NCBI GenBank assembly: GCA_041674285.1
Contig: JBAYVZ010000005.1
Span: 5,176 to 69,175 of the forward strand
DNA length: 64,000 nt
Reading direction: 5' to 3'
Origin: Minisyncoccota bacterium
Lineage (GTDB): Bacteria; Patescibacteriota; Minisyncoccia; Phycocordibacterales; UBA9973
Notes under the pieces: model-generated
What the model saw: the letters and a program-made list of their open reading frames with translations, nothing else
Database searches by the model: none
What the model was told of the DNA's origin: nothing
Program-made: the position numbers and the translations under genes
Part shown: positions 44,808-53,096 of the stretch, one piece after another
Layout: every line of letters begins with the position of its first letter
How positions within the stretch are numbered: the first letter of the stretch is position 1

Positions 44808-44924
44808 CCCATTAGAGATAGGAAATGCTTACATTTCCGTTTCTTTTTAATTTAAATTAATAAATACAACCTTATTTATAAGCAAACCTACATAAAAAAC
44901 ACAAACAACATATCTCTAACGGGA
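44808..44924 (-). repeat. start-codon-abutting structured element (family 1), copy 8
   Basis: Read in minus sense: arms TCCCGTTAGAGAT / ATCTCTAATGGG (G-U wobble). Inner hairpin ACGGAAATG-TAAG-CATTTCCT. The rnpA TAG stop (44916-44918) lies inside the 5' arm. Confidence 0.85.
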
Positions 44925-45251
44925 CAAGTATAATCCTGCTTTTTTAAATAAATAGACAATATTTTCAGATATTTGATCATTTTCAGCTTTTAAAGCCTCC
45001 TTTTTAAAGAAAAGAGCGCCGATAAAAGGCTTTGCCAGTAATGGGCCAGCCATACGATAACCCTTTCTCCTGAGAGAATTCCTTAAAACAGCTGTTTTTG
45101 CAACGCTTTTCGGGGCAACTACAGCAAAATGAACCACACCATCAGTGGAGGGTATATACCGGAAAGTAAAAAGAGGGCTTGAGACCATTTTTCCTTCTTT
45201 CATAATGGCTTCAAAAACCCCCTTATTAACACGATGCTTTTTGGAAAGCAT
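44916..45251 (-). CDS. rnpA: ribonuclease P protein component
   Basis: 111 aa basic protein (FAVVAPKSVAKTAVLRNSLRRKGYR), immediately downstream of rpmH. Confidence 0.85.
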   Translation of the reverse strand: MLSKKHRVNKGVFEAIMKEGKMVSSPLFTFRYIPSTDGVVHFAVVAPKSVAKTAVLRNSLRRKGYRMAGPLLAKPFIGALFFKKEALKAENDQISENIVYLFKKAGLYLSR

Positions 45252-45252
45252 G

Positions 45253-45393
45253 TTATTTCTTTATAGATACACTAGCGCGACCTTTTTGGCGTCGGCGGGC
45301 AGTGACCTTTCGGCCATTTTTTGTCTTTGTACGTACAAGAAAACCGTGTGTTTTAGCTCTTTTACGTTTGTTTGGTTGATATGTTTGAGACAT
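45253..45393 (-). CDS. rpmH: 50S ribosomal protein L34
   Basis: Below the ORF-track cutoff. Minus-strand translation gives [46 protein letters not shown]. The stop is 1 nt before the rnpA ATG. Confidence 0.9.
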   Translation of the reverse strand: MSQTYQPNKRKRAKTHGFLVRTKTKNGRKVTARRRQKGRASVSIKK

Positions 45394-45438
45394 AATGTCT
45401 AATATATACTATAATGGTGCATTATGCAACCCATAAAG

Positions 45439-45447
45439 TTATCCACA
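45439..45447 (+). promoter_or_regulatory. perfect DnaA box upstream of dnaA
   Basis: TTATCCACA at 45439-45447 in the rpmH-dnaA divergent spacer. Confidence 0.7.
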
Positions 45448-45515
45448 CGATATACACAGGATTGCACACAATTCAAACAGGACGATTATAAATCTTAACT
45501 AGTATAATAGGAACT

Positions 45516-46868
45516 ATGGTATCAGATACAAAAAAATTATGGGAAAGCTGTTTGGCGGAAATCGAATTATCCATTTCAAAAGCAAATTTTACAACCTGGT
45601 TTAAAAATACACAGATAGTAAAAGAAGAGGAGGGAGTACTATTTATAGGAGTACCAAATGAATTCGTAAAAGACTGGTTGAATAATAAATTTCACAAGCT
45701 AATCCTTAAAACTCTAATGAATTATGAGGATAGTGTACGCAATATAGAATACATAATCACAAAACACGAAGTAGTAAAACCAAAAACAGAAAATGAACAA
45801 GCCCCTATATCTATAAACAAAGAACTGCCACTAGCTGATCTCTATGTAAACAAGGACGACAACTTAAATCCTAAATATACATTCAATAATTTTATTGTTG
45901 GACCATTCAACGAGCTTGCATATGCAGTTTCCCAAGCTATCATCACCACACCAGGGGAAACATATAATCCATTCTTTGTATATGGAGGTACAGGTCTTGG
46001 TAAGACACATATGATCCAATCGATAGGGAATAGTATCAAGAATAAATTTCCAAATAAAAAGATTTATTATGTGAGTCTTGAAAAATTTGCTATTGACTAC
46101 ATAAACTCAATTCAAAACAAAAATCCAAATGGATTTAAAGAGAAGTATAGAAAATACGATGTGATAATTATGGATGACATCCAATTCATATCAGGAAAAG
46201 AAAAGACTCAAGAAGAATTATTCCATTTGTTCAATATATTCCACGAAAACAATAAGCAAATTGTTTTTTCTTCAGATAAACATCCAAACTTTATCCAAGG
46301 ATTAGAAGAACGTCTACAATCTAGATTCGCTTCTGGTATGACAGTACAGATAACAGAGCCTGACTATGAATCACGCGTAGCGATCATCAAAGCTAAGCTA
46401 CAGAAGACAAATATAATAGTGGATGAACCAGTCATCTCCTACCTTGCAGAGGTACTAGAGGGTAATATACGAGAATTGGAGGGTAGTTTAAATACAATCA
46501 TCTGCCAATCTCAACTCAAAGATAAATCACTCTCTTTAAATGAGACAAAAAATTTAATTAAAAATAATATCCGACCAAAGAAAAATGTAGCTATCAAAGA
46601 TATTATTAAAATAATTGCTGATTATTACAATATCCCCGAAGCTCACGTATATGAGAAGACCAGGAGAAAGGAGATAGTCCAAGCTCGCCAAGTAGCGATG
46701 TACCTACTCCGAGAAGATTTCAATATTTCATACCCACTAATAGGTCAAAAGTTTGGGGGTAGGGATCACACCACAGTCATACACTCACACCTCAAAATAA
46801 AAGAAGATTTAAAGACGAATCCAAGCCTACTCCAAGAGATAGAGAGGATCAGAATCATGTTCAAATAG
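45516..46868 (+). CDS. dnaA: chromosomal replication initiator protein DnaA
   Basis: 450 aa, Walker A GGTGLGKTH, a sensor region and a C-terminal DNA-binding helix RQVAMYLLRE. TATAAT (45503-45508) lies 7 nt before the ATG. Confidence 0.95.
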   Translation: MVSDTKKLWESCLAEIELSISKANFTTWFKNTQIVKEEEGVLFIGVPNEFVKDWLNNKFHKLILKTLMNYEDSVRNIEYIITKHEVVKPKTENEQAPISINKELPLADLYVNKDDNLNPKYTFNNFIVGPFNELAYAVSQAIITTPGETYNPFFVYGGTGLGKTHMIQSIGNSIKNKFPNKKIYYVSLEKFAIDYINSIQNKNPNGFKEKYRKYDVIIMDDIQFISGKEKTQEELFHLFNIFHENNKQIVFSSDKHPNFIQGLEERLQSRFASGMTVQITEPDYESRVAIIKAKLQKTNIIVDEPVISYLAEVLEGNIRELEGSLNTIICQSQLKDKSLSLNETKNLIKNNIRPKKNVAIKDIIKIIADYYNIPEAHVYEKTRRKEIVQARQVAMYLLREDFNISYPLIGQKFGGRDHTTVIHSHLKIKEDLKTNPSLLQEIERIRIMFK

Positions 46869-47092
46869 CTGTGGATAAAACTGTTAATAACTAGGGGGCT
46901 AGAATTTAACAAGATGTTCACAAAAACATAAACAAAACTAATCCACAGCAAAGTATACAGATGACATGTTTTATAAGAATTTTAAAAAAGAGATAAAAAG
47001 CTTACTTTATATAGTCGAAAAAAGTAATCCACATATCCACAGGAATAGTATTAGTAATAGAGTTTATTTAATAATTAATTAAGAAAGAATAT
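46869..47092. other. candidate oriC (DnaA-box cluster plus AT-rich tract)
   Basis: TGTGGATAA 46870-46878 (perfect, reverse orientation), TAATCCACA 46939-46947, TAATCCACA 47025-47033 and ATATCCACA 47033-47041. An AT-rich stretch lies at about 46965-47020. Confidence 0.65.
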
Positions 47093-48193
47093 ATGAAACT
47101 AGAATGTTCAATAGAAAAGATAAAAGATGCACTAATAACAGCAGAAAGAATTACAGGAAAGAACCTCACTCTTCCAGTACTAGGATCTGTACTTTGGGTA
47201 GCTTCAAATAAAGTTTTAAAACTTCGAGCTACAAATTTAAACATTGGTATTGAGATTGAGATACCGGCAAAGATAGAGACTGAGGGTGTAGTGGCTGTGA
47301 AGGGTGATATTCTTTCTTCTTTGTTTTCTCTACTACACGGAGATTCTACTGTAAAGTTTGAATTAATTGATTCTAATTTTTCTGTTAAAACAAAATCAAA
47401 TAATATTTTATTAAATACAATTCCTTATGAAGACTTTCCAACTATTCCGATACTCTCCGGTGAAGAGATTACAGTACCCTCTGTAAAGCTCGTAGAGGGC
47501 CTCAAGGCGGTTTATTATAGCGCAGCGGTATCAGACATCAAACCAGAGATTGGAAGTGTCTACATCTACCCACAGGACGATATGCTGGTGTTCGTGGCGA
47601 CAGACTCTTTCCGTCTCGCAGAAAAGAAAGTTAAGATTAAAAAAGAACTTAATTTTGATGGAATATTATTACCTTTAAAAAATGCAACAGAGATAATTCG
47701 TATTTTAGATGGGGTGGATGATGATGTAAAAATAATCTTACACAAAAATCAGATATCTCTATCTGTGAATGGTATATATATCACATCTAGAGTTGTAGAT
47801 GGAACATTCCCAGATTACAAACAAATTATTCCAAGAGAATCAAAAACTCAAGCTACACTTCTCAAGCAAGATTTGTTGTATGCAATAAAAGTTTCAAATA
47901 TTTTATCTGATAAATTTAATCAAATAACATTTAATCTGAAACCTAATGAAAAAGTTTTTGAAGTTGATTCAAAAAATAATGATATAGGTGAGAACACTAC
48001 ACACATAGAAAGTTCTCTGTCTGGGGAAGAGGTGAGTGTAAATATAAATTATAAATACATTGTGGATTGTTTTCAGTCTATAAATGGCGATAGTGTGACA
48101 CTGGAATTCAATGGTAGTAATAGACCTATTATAATTCGTGTAGTAGGAGATTCATCTTTTATGTATCTCGTGATGCCTATGAACCGTCAGTAA
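47093..48193 (+). CDS. dnaN: DNA polymerase III beta sliding clamp
   Basis: 366 aa with three-domain clamp pattern and a C-terminal ...MYLVMPMNRQ. Follows dnaA. Confidence 0.93.
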   Translation: MKLECSIEKIKDALITAERITGKNLTLPVLGSVLWVASNKVLKLRATNLNIGIEIEIPAKIETEGVVAVKGDILSSLFSLLHGDSTVKFELIDSNFSVKTKSNNILLNTIPYEDFPTIPILSGEEITVPSVKLVEGLKAVYYSAAVSDIKPEIGSVYIYPQDDMLVFVATDSFRLAEKKVKIKKELNFDGILLPLKNATEIIRILDGVDDDVKIILHKNQISLSVNGIYITSRVVDGTFPDYKQIIPRESKTQATLLKQDLLYAIKVSNILSDKFNQITFNLKPNEKVFEVDSKNNDIGENTTHIESSLSGEEVSVNINYKYIVDCFQSINGDSVTLEFNGSNRPIIIRVVGDSSFMYLVMPMNRQ

Positions 48194-48197
48194 AATT

Positions 48198-48461
48198 ATG
48201 GATTATAATCACATAAATAAATTTTTAGAGAAATTTGTAAAGATGGTGTCTAAGGGTGATCTAGTCCTCAGTGAGATATCTTCAGTAATATATAAACACA
48301 CAAATCTTAAAATAGAAAAAGAAAATATAAATTTTAAGGGTGGGTATATCAAGATAAACACAACACCACTTGCAAAAGGGGAGTTGCTCATGAGTAAGGA
48401 AAAGATTTTGCTTGAATTGCGTACAAATATGCCCGGTACAAATTTCTTGGATATAAAATAA
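48198..48461 (+). CDS. small protein, possibly DUF721/DciA-like
   Basis: 87 aa directly after dnaN. The weak pattern (...GGYIKINTTPLAKGELLMSKEKILLEL) resembles DUF721, but the assignment is tentative. Confidence 0.4.
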   Translation: MDYNHINKFLEKFVKMVSKGDLVLSEISSVIYKHTNLKIEKENINFKGGYIKINTTPLAKGELLMSKEKILLELRTNMPGTNFLDIK

Positions 48462-48485
48462 AAACCTCGATAATATCGAGGTTTT
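48461..48485. terminator. bidirectional hairpin terminator
   Basis: AAAACCTCGAT-AAT-ATCGAGGTTTT between convergent genes. Confidence 0.7.
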
Positions 48486-48491
48486 TATTTT

Positions 48492-51005
48492 TTACTTTAC
48501 GTAAAAGTTTAATTTTTGCTGACTTGTACCACCATCCATATCGTATATTTTTACCAGTATTGTATTTCCTCCACCGTCTATACCTAGCTCACTAGGGATA
48601 AATGATACACCATAAGGATCATTTTTTAAGGAAGTTAGATAATTGTTGTTTACAAATATATCTATTTTTTGTATTGGACTCTGGCTCTTTACCTCTACTT
48701 TAAAAGATATTGTCTCATCTTTATTGTAGGGTGTGTTTAGTAGGTTTTTAATTGTAAAACTCGGTTTTGTCGATGAGTTGTGGATATTGTCATAAAACAG
48801 TGGTTTATCTTTTAGACTCACGTATTTATATTTGTAAGAATTTTTTGACCACCAGTTCTGTACACTTATCTCAAAGTGATCATACAGGGAATCACTCGAA
48901 GGTCCAGGAGTCTTTTCATTCTTTGGGTCTTTTTTGTCTACCCAGTACAAGATAGTATGAACATTTGTTAGTGATTTTTCTTCAATACTTTCTTTTGGGG
49001 TGAACTCTGTCGCTAATCCTCCAGATTTTTTATCAACCTTGAAAGTATCACCACCTTGCCAGTATCCTCGGAGTAGGGGATTCAAATTTGAATCTACTTC
49101 ATCTGGCTTGTTAAATGTTTCATCTTTGGGTAGTTTTGTTAATGCTTGCATCATTATTTGGTTCCAGATTGGTCCAGCGAGAGATACACCACCTTTTTTC
49201 ATTGGTATATTATCATTGTTACCCACCCATACACCCACCACCACAGATGGGGTATATCCTATAGTCCAAGCATCTTTGTTGTCATTTGTTGTTCCAGTCT
49301 TTACTGCAGCCTGGATACCTTCTGGTAGTACTAGAGCTGAGTTTGCTCCGTATGTAGGGATACGAGCATTGTTGTCGGTAAGAATGTCTGCCAAAATTCT
49401 TGTTGAATTTGGATTCAATATTTGTTCTGGTCTGTCTTTGTATTCTTCTAATATATTCCCTGTACCATCTGATATTGAAAGAACTCCTGTATTTGGATGT
49501 CTGATACCTTCTGTGGCGAATACGCTATATACAGAAGTCATATCTAAGAGCTTTGTCTCTCCACCTCCGATCACTAGAGACAATCCATATCTATTTGCAT
49601 CATTGAGTGTAGTCACACCCAGGTCGTGAGCCATCTTTATAGCATCTTGTACTCCTACTAGGTATAGAAGTTTTACTGCTATTACGTTTATGGACTGAGC
49701 TAGAGCATCTTTGAGTGTCATCGGTCCATGGAATGCATTGTCGTAATTGTCTGGATTATAACAATCTGTTTTTTTGTTTTTACCTTTTGGGTTGCTATAT
49801 GCATCACAACTTGTAGAAAATTCTGTAGGTACGTCGAATAGTACTGTATCTTTTGTGTATCCCTTTTCAAATGCGGCTGCATAGACTATAGGCTTGAATG
49901 ATGATCCCGGCTGTCTCTCTGCTGTAGCTACATTGAAATTCCCATCTATACTTTTATCAAAATAATTTCGTGATCCAACCATAGATAGTATTTGACCTGT
50001 CTTTGGATCCATTACCACTGCGGCTGCATTTTTTCCATCCCAGTTTTTTTCATTATCCAGAGCTCTTTCTAGGACTATAGCTTCTGCTTTTTTCTGTAAT
50101 TCAAAATCAAGAGTTGTGGTAACTTTTAATCCGCCGTTCTCTACCATCTCTACTCCATATTTCTTTTCCAAGTAATCTTTTATGAAGAATACAAAGTGTG
50201 GAGCTGCTATATACATCGGTTGCGCAGGTAGGAATTCTACTTTTTCTGCCACAGCTTCATTGTATTGATTTTCTGTGATGAATTTTAAATCCAGCATCCT
50301 TTTTAATACTAGATTTTTCCTTGTATCTAGGCGTGCGCGACCCTTATAAGGGGAGTAGTATGTAGGACCATTTGGTATCGCTGCTAGGTATGCAGATTCA
50401 GCGAGTGTCAGATCTATTGGTGCTTTACCAAAGAATGCTTTTGAAGCTTCCTCTATTCCGTAAATATTTCCACCATAAGGGGCTTCGTTTAGATACAGAG
50501 CTAGAATTTCGTCCTTGTTCATTACTTTTTCAAGCTTGATTGCCAGGATCCATTCTTTTATCTTTCTGGTCACAGTCCTCTCTGATGTCAGTAATGTCTG
50601 CTTTATGATCTGCTGAGTGATAGTCGATCCACCTTGGATTTTTCCACCTGTCATATTTGCCCACACAGCACGAATCAGTGACTTTAATCTAACTCCGTGA
50701 TGTTGGTAGAATTCAGAATCTTCTATAGCAACAGTGGCATTCTTGCTATATGTACCCATAGACTCATAGGGGATGACAGTACGTTTTATGTTGCTGTGTA
50801 CGTCATATAATATGATGGTTCCAGTCCTGTCATATATCTTTGTAGAGCTGGCTATTTTGCGCTCGGTAAAGAGTTTAAAGTCTGGTAATTGTAATGTGCT
50901 AGTCCAGATTGCTAATATACCTACGACCAATAGTCCAAAACCAAAAATACCCAAAATCCAATTTTTGAGCTGGTGTTTATTAAATTTAAACTTAATTTTC
51001 TTCAT
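48492..51005 (-). CDS. class A penicillin-binding protein (glycosyltransferase + transpeptidase)
   Basis: GT51 motifs EDSEFYQHHG and GGSTITQQ. Transpeptidase motifs SSFKP (SxxK), SIN and KTGTT. N-terminal TM anchor. TGtTATTAT -10 box 6 nt before the ATG. Confidence 0.9.
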   Translation of the reverse strand: MKKIKFKFNKHQLKNWILGIFGFGLLVVGILAIWTSTLQLPDFKLFTERKIASSTKIYDRTGTIILYDVHSNIKRTVIPYESMGTYSKNATVAIEDSEFYQHHGVRLKSLIRAVWANMTGGKIQGGSTITQQIIKQTLLTSERTVTRKIKEWILAIKLEKVMNKDEILALYLNEAPYGGNIYGIEEASKAFFGKAPIDLTLAESAYLAAIPNGPTYYSPYKGRARLDTRKNLVLKRMLDLKFITENQYNEAVAEKVEFLPAQPMYIAAPHFVFFIKDYLEKKYGVEMVENGGLKVTTTLDFELQKKAEAIVLERALDNEKNWDGKNAAAVVMDPKTGQILSMVGSRNYFDKSIDGNFNVATAERQPGSSFKPIVYAAAFEKGYTKDTVLFDVPTEFSTSCDAYSNPKGKNKKTDCYNPDNYDNAFHGPMTLKDALAQSINVIAVKLLYLVGVQDAIKMAHDLGVTTLNDANRYGLSLVIGGGETKLLDMTSVYSVFATEGIRHPNTGVLSISDGTGNILEEYKDRPEQILNPNSTRILADILTDNNARIPTYGANSALVLPEGIQAAVKTGTTNDNKDAWTIGYTPSVVVGVWVGNNDNIPMKKGGVSLAGPIWNQIMMQALTKLPKDETFNKPDEVDSNLNPLLRGYWQGGDTFKVDKKSGGLATEFTPKESIEEKSLTNVHTILYWVDKKDPKNEKTPGPSSDSLYDHFEISVQNWWSKNSYKYKYVSLKDKPLFYDNIHNSSTKPSFTIKNLLNTPYNKDETISFKVEVKSQSPIQKIDIFVNNNYLTSLKNDPYGVSFIPSELGIDGGGNTILVKIYDMDGGTSQQKLNFYVK

Positions 51006-51077
51006 AAGTTAATAATAACATACTATATTCTATAAATATGGCAATTGTGGGATAATTTAATTATGAGAAAAAAATCA

Positions 51078-51192
51078 TCAACCCCGTCCTCTGATTACAG
51101 AGTCCACCCCTCAAGAGGGGAATTAAATATGAATACAAAAAATACATCCACCCCACCTTTTGATTACAAAAGGCACCCCTCAAGAGGGGAAT
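51078..51192 (+). repeat. two direct family-3 units
   Basis: TCAACCCCGTCCTCTGATTACAGAGTCCACCCCTCAAGAGGGGAAT (51078-51123) and TCCACCCCACCTTTTGATTACAAAAGGCACCCCTCAAGAGGGGAAT (51147-51192). Confidence 0.8.
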
Positions 51193-51599
51193 TTTGGGAT
51201 ACAGGTTCTTTGTATCCATATTGGGAAATTCCTAAAAATAAACTTTTAATCTCACGAGCAAAAGAATTAAGAAAAGCTGGCAATTTAGCGGAAGTTATTT
51301 TTTGGAAAACTTTCAATGATAAAAATAAAATAGGTTTTGATATTGATCGGCAAGTTATAGTAGGGAACTATATTGTCGATTTTTTTATCCCGGAATTGGG
51401 TTTAGTTTTTGAAATAGACGGATCGAGTCACGATAATAAAATAGATTATGATGCCGAACGGGATGCATTTATGAATGACCTTGGATTGTTTGTTATTCGA
51501 ATTCCTGATGTAGATGTGAAGAAAAATATGGAAAGTGTCTATAATTTTGTAACTAATATAATTTTAGAAAGAACAAATAAACTCAAGGGTTTTTCTTAG
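51129..51599 (+). CDS. DUF559 (Vsr-like) endonuclease-domain protein
   Basis: C-terminal ...AEVIFWKTFNDKNKIGFDIDRQVIVGNYIVDFFIPELGLVFEIDGSSHD...RDAFMNDLGLFVIRIP matches the DUF559 pattern. The true start is uncertain because the 5' end overlaps repeat DNA. Confidence 0.65.
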   Translation: MNTKNTSTPPFDYKRHPSRGEFWDTGSLYPYWEIPKNKLLISRAKELRKAGNLAEVIFWKTFNDKNKIGFDIDRQVIVGNYIVDFFIPELGLVFEIDGSSHDNKIDYDAERDAFMNDLGLFVIRIPDVDVKKNMESVYNFVTNIILERTNKLKGFS

Positions 51600-51680
51600 A
51601 AACACTTGCAATAAACAACCTTGTATGGTATAGTTTATCTAATGGAATCTTCTTTGCTCTTTGTTAGGTTCCAGATTTAT

Positions 51681-51719
51681 ATGCTCTCGGAGGGTCCAAT
51701 CTCCGGGGGCATTTTTTTA
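51681..51719 (+). terminator. intrinsic terminator after the DUF559 gene
   Basis: ATGCTCTCGGAG-GGTCCAAT-CTCCGGGGGCAT followed by TTTTTTT. Confidence 0.65.
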
Positions 51720-51780
51720 TTGGTTCATAACTCCAATCAAAATACCCACGACATATGTCTGAAAACATTAATTTTTTAAA

Positions 51781-51826
51781 ATTCCCCTCTTGAGGGGTGG
51801 CATTTGTACTCAAATGACGGGGTGGA
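51781..51826 (-). repeat. family-3 unit in inverted orientation
   Basis: ATTCCCCTCTTGAGGGGTGGCATTTGTACTCAAATGACGGGGTGGA is the reverse complement of the unit consensus. Confidence 0.8.
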
Positions 51827-51857
51827 TGTATTGAATTTGGTGTGGTAAAGTATAAAT

Positions 51858-53051
51858 ATGATAAAGAATGATACAAATGAATTGCTAAATCGGGGAATAG
51901 AGAATATCTACCCTTCAAAAGCATACCTAGAATCTCGTATTGCAAAGGGTGAAAAGCTCACTATCTATCTAGGAGTAGATCCTACTGGTCCGACACTACA
52001 CCTCGGGCATGCTATACCACTACTCAAACTTTCAGAATTTCAAAAAGCTGGCCATAAGATCATCCTTCTTATGGGTGATTTTACTGCGATGATCGGTGAC
52101 CCGACAGACAAGGGTACTGCTCGTGTGCCTCTAACCCACAAGCAAGTGATGGCGAATTTGAAAAATTACAAAAAGCAGGCAAGCTCAATTATTTCATTTT
52201 CTGGCAAGAATGCAGCTCAAATAAAATTCAATTCAAAGTGGCTCGGTAAGATGAACTTTGAAGACGTGCTGAGTCTCGCATCAAATATGACAGTACAGCA
52301 GATGCTAGAACGTGATATGTTCTCAAAGAGAATGGAAGAGGGCAAGCCAATATTTATTCATGAATTTATGTATCCACTCATGCAGGGATACGACTCTGTA
52401 GCTATGGATATAGATGGAGAGATCGGGGGCAATGATCAGACATTCAACATGCTCCAAGGTCGCAACTTGATGAAGACTCTCAAGAATAAAGAAAAATTTG
52501 TCATTACCGTAAAACTCCTCGAAGATAGTAGTGGTAAAAAGATGGGCAAGACAGAGGGTAATATGGTCGCCTTATCAGACACCCCAGAGGAGATGTATGG
52601 CAAGGTCATGAGCTGGACTGACGGCATGATCCTCCCAGGATTTGAATTGTGTACTACTGTATCCCTCGAAGATATGGAAGCTATGGCTACCGATATTGCC
52701 AAGGGTATGAATCCTCGCGATCTGAAGATGCGCCTAGCTCGTGCGGTTGTGAATACTTTTTACGGAGAAAAGAAAGCATTGGATGCAGAAAATAATTTTA
52801 TCTCTACATTCCAAAAATCTGAAATACCAGAAGATCTGCCTGAGGTAAAAGTAGGGGATGGGACACTACTAGTAGATGTACTCCTCGCAAACAAGATAAT
52901 TGCTTCAAAGACAGAATTCCGCAGGCTCGTAGATGAGGGTGCTATTACCAATCTGGATACTGATAAAAAGGTGGATAGTCATACGGCACATGCTGTATCA
53001 GCTGTATACCGCATAGGTAAAAAGCGCTTTTGTAAAATTAAAATAGGATAG
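51858..53051 (+). CDS. tyrS: tyrosine--tRNA ligase
   Basis: HIGH-type motif PTGPTLHLGH, KMSKS-type motif KMGKT and a C-terminal S4-like domain. Confidence 0.93.
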   Translation: MIKNDTNELLNRGIENIYPSKAYLESRIAKGEKLTIYLGVDPTGPTLHLGHAIPLLKLSEFQKAGHKIILLMGDFTAMIGDPTDKGTARVPLTHKQVMANLKNYKKQASSIISFSGKNAAQIKFNSKWLGKMNFEDVLSLASNMTVQQMLERDMFSKRMEEGKPIFIHEFMYPLMQGYDSVAMDIDGEIGGNDQTFNMLQGRNLMKTLKNKEKFVITVKLLEDSSGKKMGKTEGNMVALSDTPEEMYGKVMSWTDGMILPGFELCTTVSLEDMEAMATDIAKGMNPRDLKMRLARAVVNTFYGEKKALDAENNFISTFQKSEIPEDLPEVKVGDGTLLVDVLLANKIIASKTEFRRLVDEGAITNLDTDKKVDSHTAHAVSAVYRIGKKRFCKIKIG

Positions 53052-53053
53052 TT

Positions 53054-53081
53054 AAAACACGAGGTTCATTCCTCGTGTTTT
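53054..53081 (+). terminator. intrinsic terminator
   Basis: AAAACACGAGG-TTCATT-CCTCGTGTTTT. Confidence 0.75.
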
Positions 53082-53090
53082 TGATATAAT
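53082..53090 (+). promoter_or_regulatory. extended -10 box TGATATAAT, 6 nt before ATG 53097
   Basis: TGATATAAT at 53082-53090, ATG at 53097. Confidence 0.55.
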
Positions 53091-53096
53091 AAATAT

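Noticed and set aside
51045-51128. Repeated peptide ...DY(R/K)xHPSRGE(L/F) as a genuine protein repeat at the DUF559 N-terminus
   Set aside because: The same DNA unit occurs non-coding and in both orientations (44493-44598, 51781-51826). The repeat is therefore a DNA element read through by the ORF caller, and the real start is uncertain.
51681-51712. tRNA/tmRNA-like 3' end (CGGAG-GGTCCAAT-CTCCG GGGGCA)
   Set aside because: The loop has 8 nt and lacks the T-loop consensus. No acceptor, D or anticodon arms can be built upstream. The hairpin extends to 12 bp and is followed by T7, which fits an intrinsic terminator.
51600-51857. T-box leader upstream of tyrS
   Set aside because: The spacer is occupied by the DUF559 terminator and a family-3 repeat. 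No specifier-loop or T-box (AGGGUGGNACCGCG-like) sequence is present, and a -10-like box sits directly before the ATG.
51664-51945. 93-aa minus-strand ORF between the DUF559 gene and tyrS
   Set aside because: It spans an intrinsic terminator hairpin, a family-3 repeat unit and the tyrS start region. It has no coding signature.
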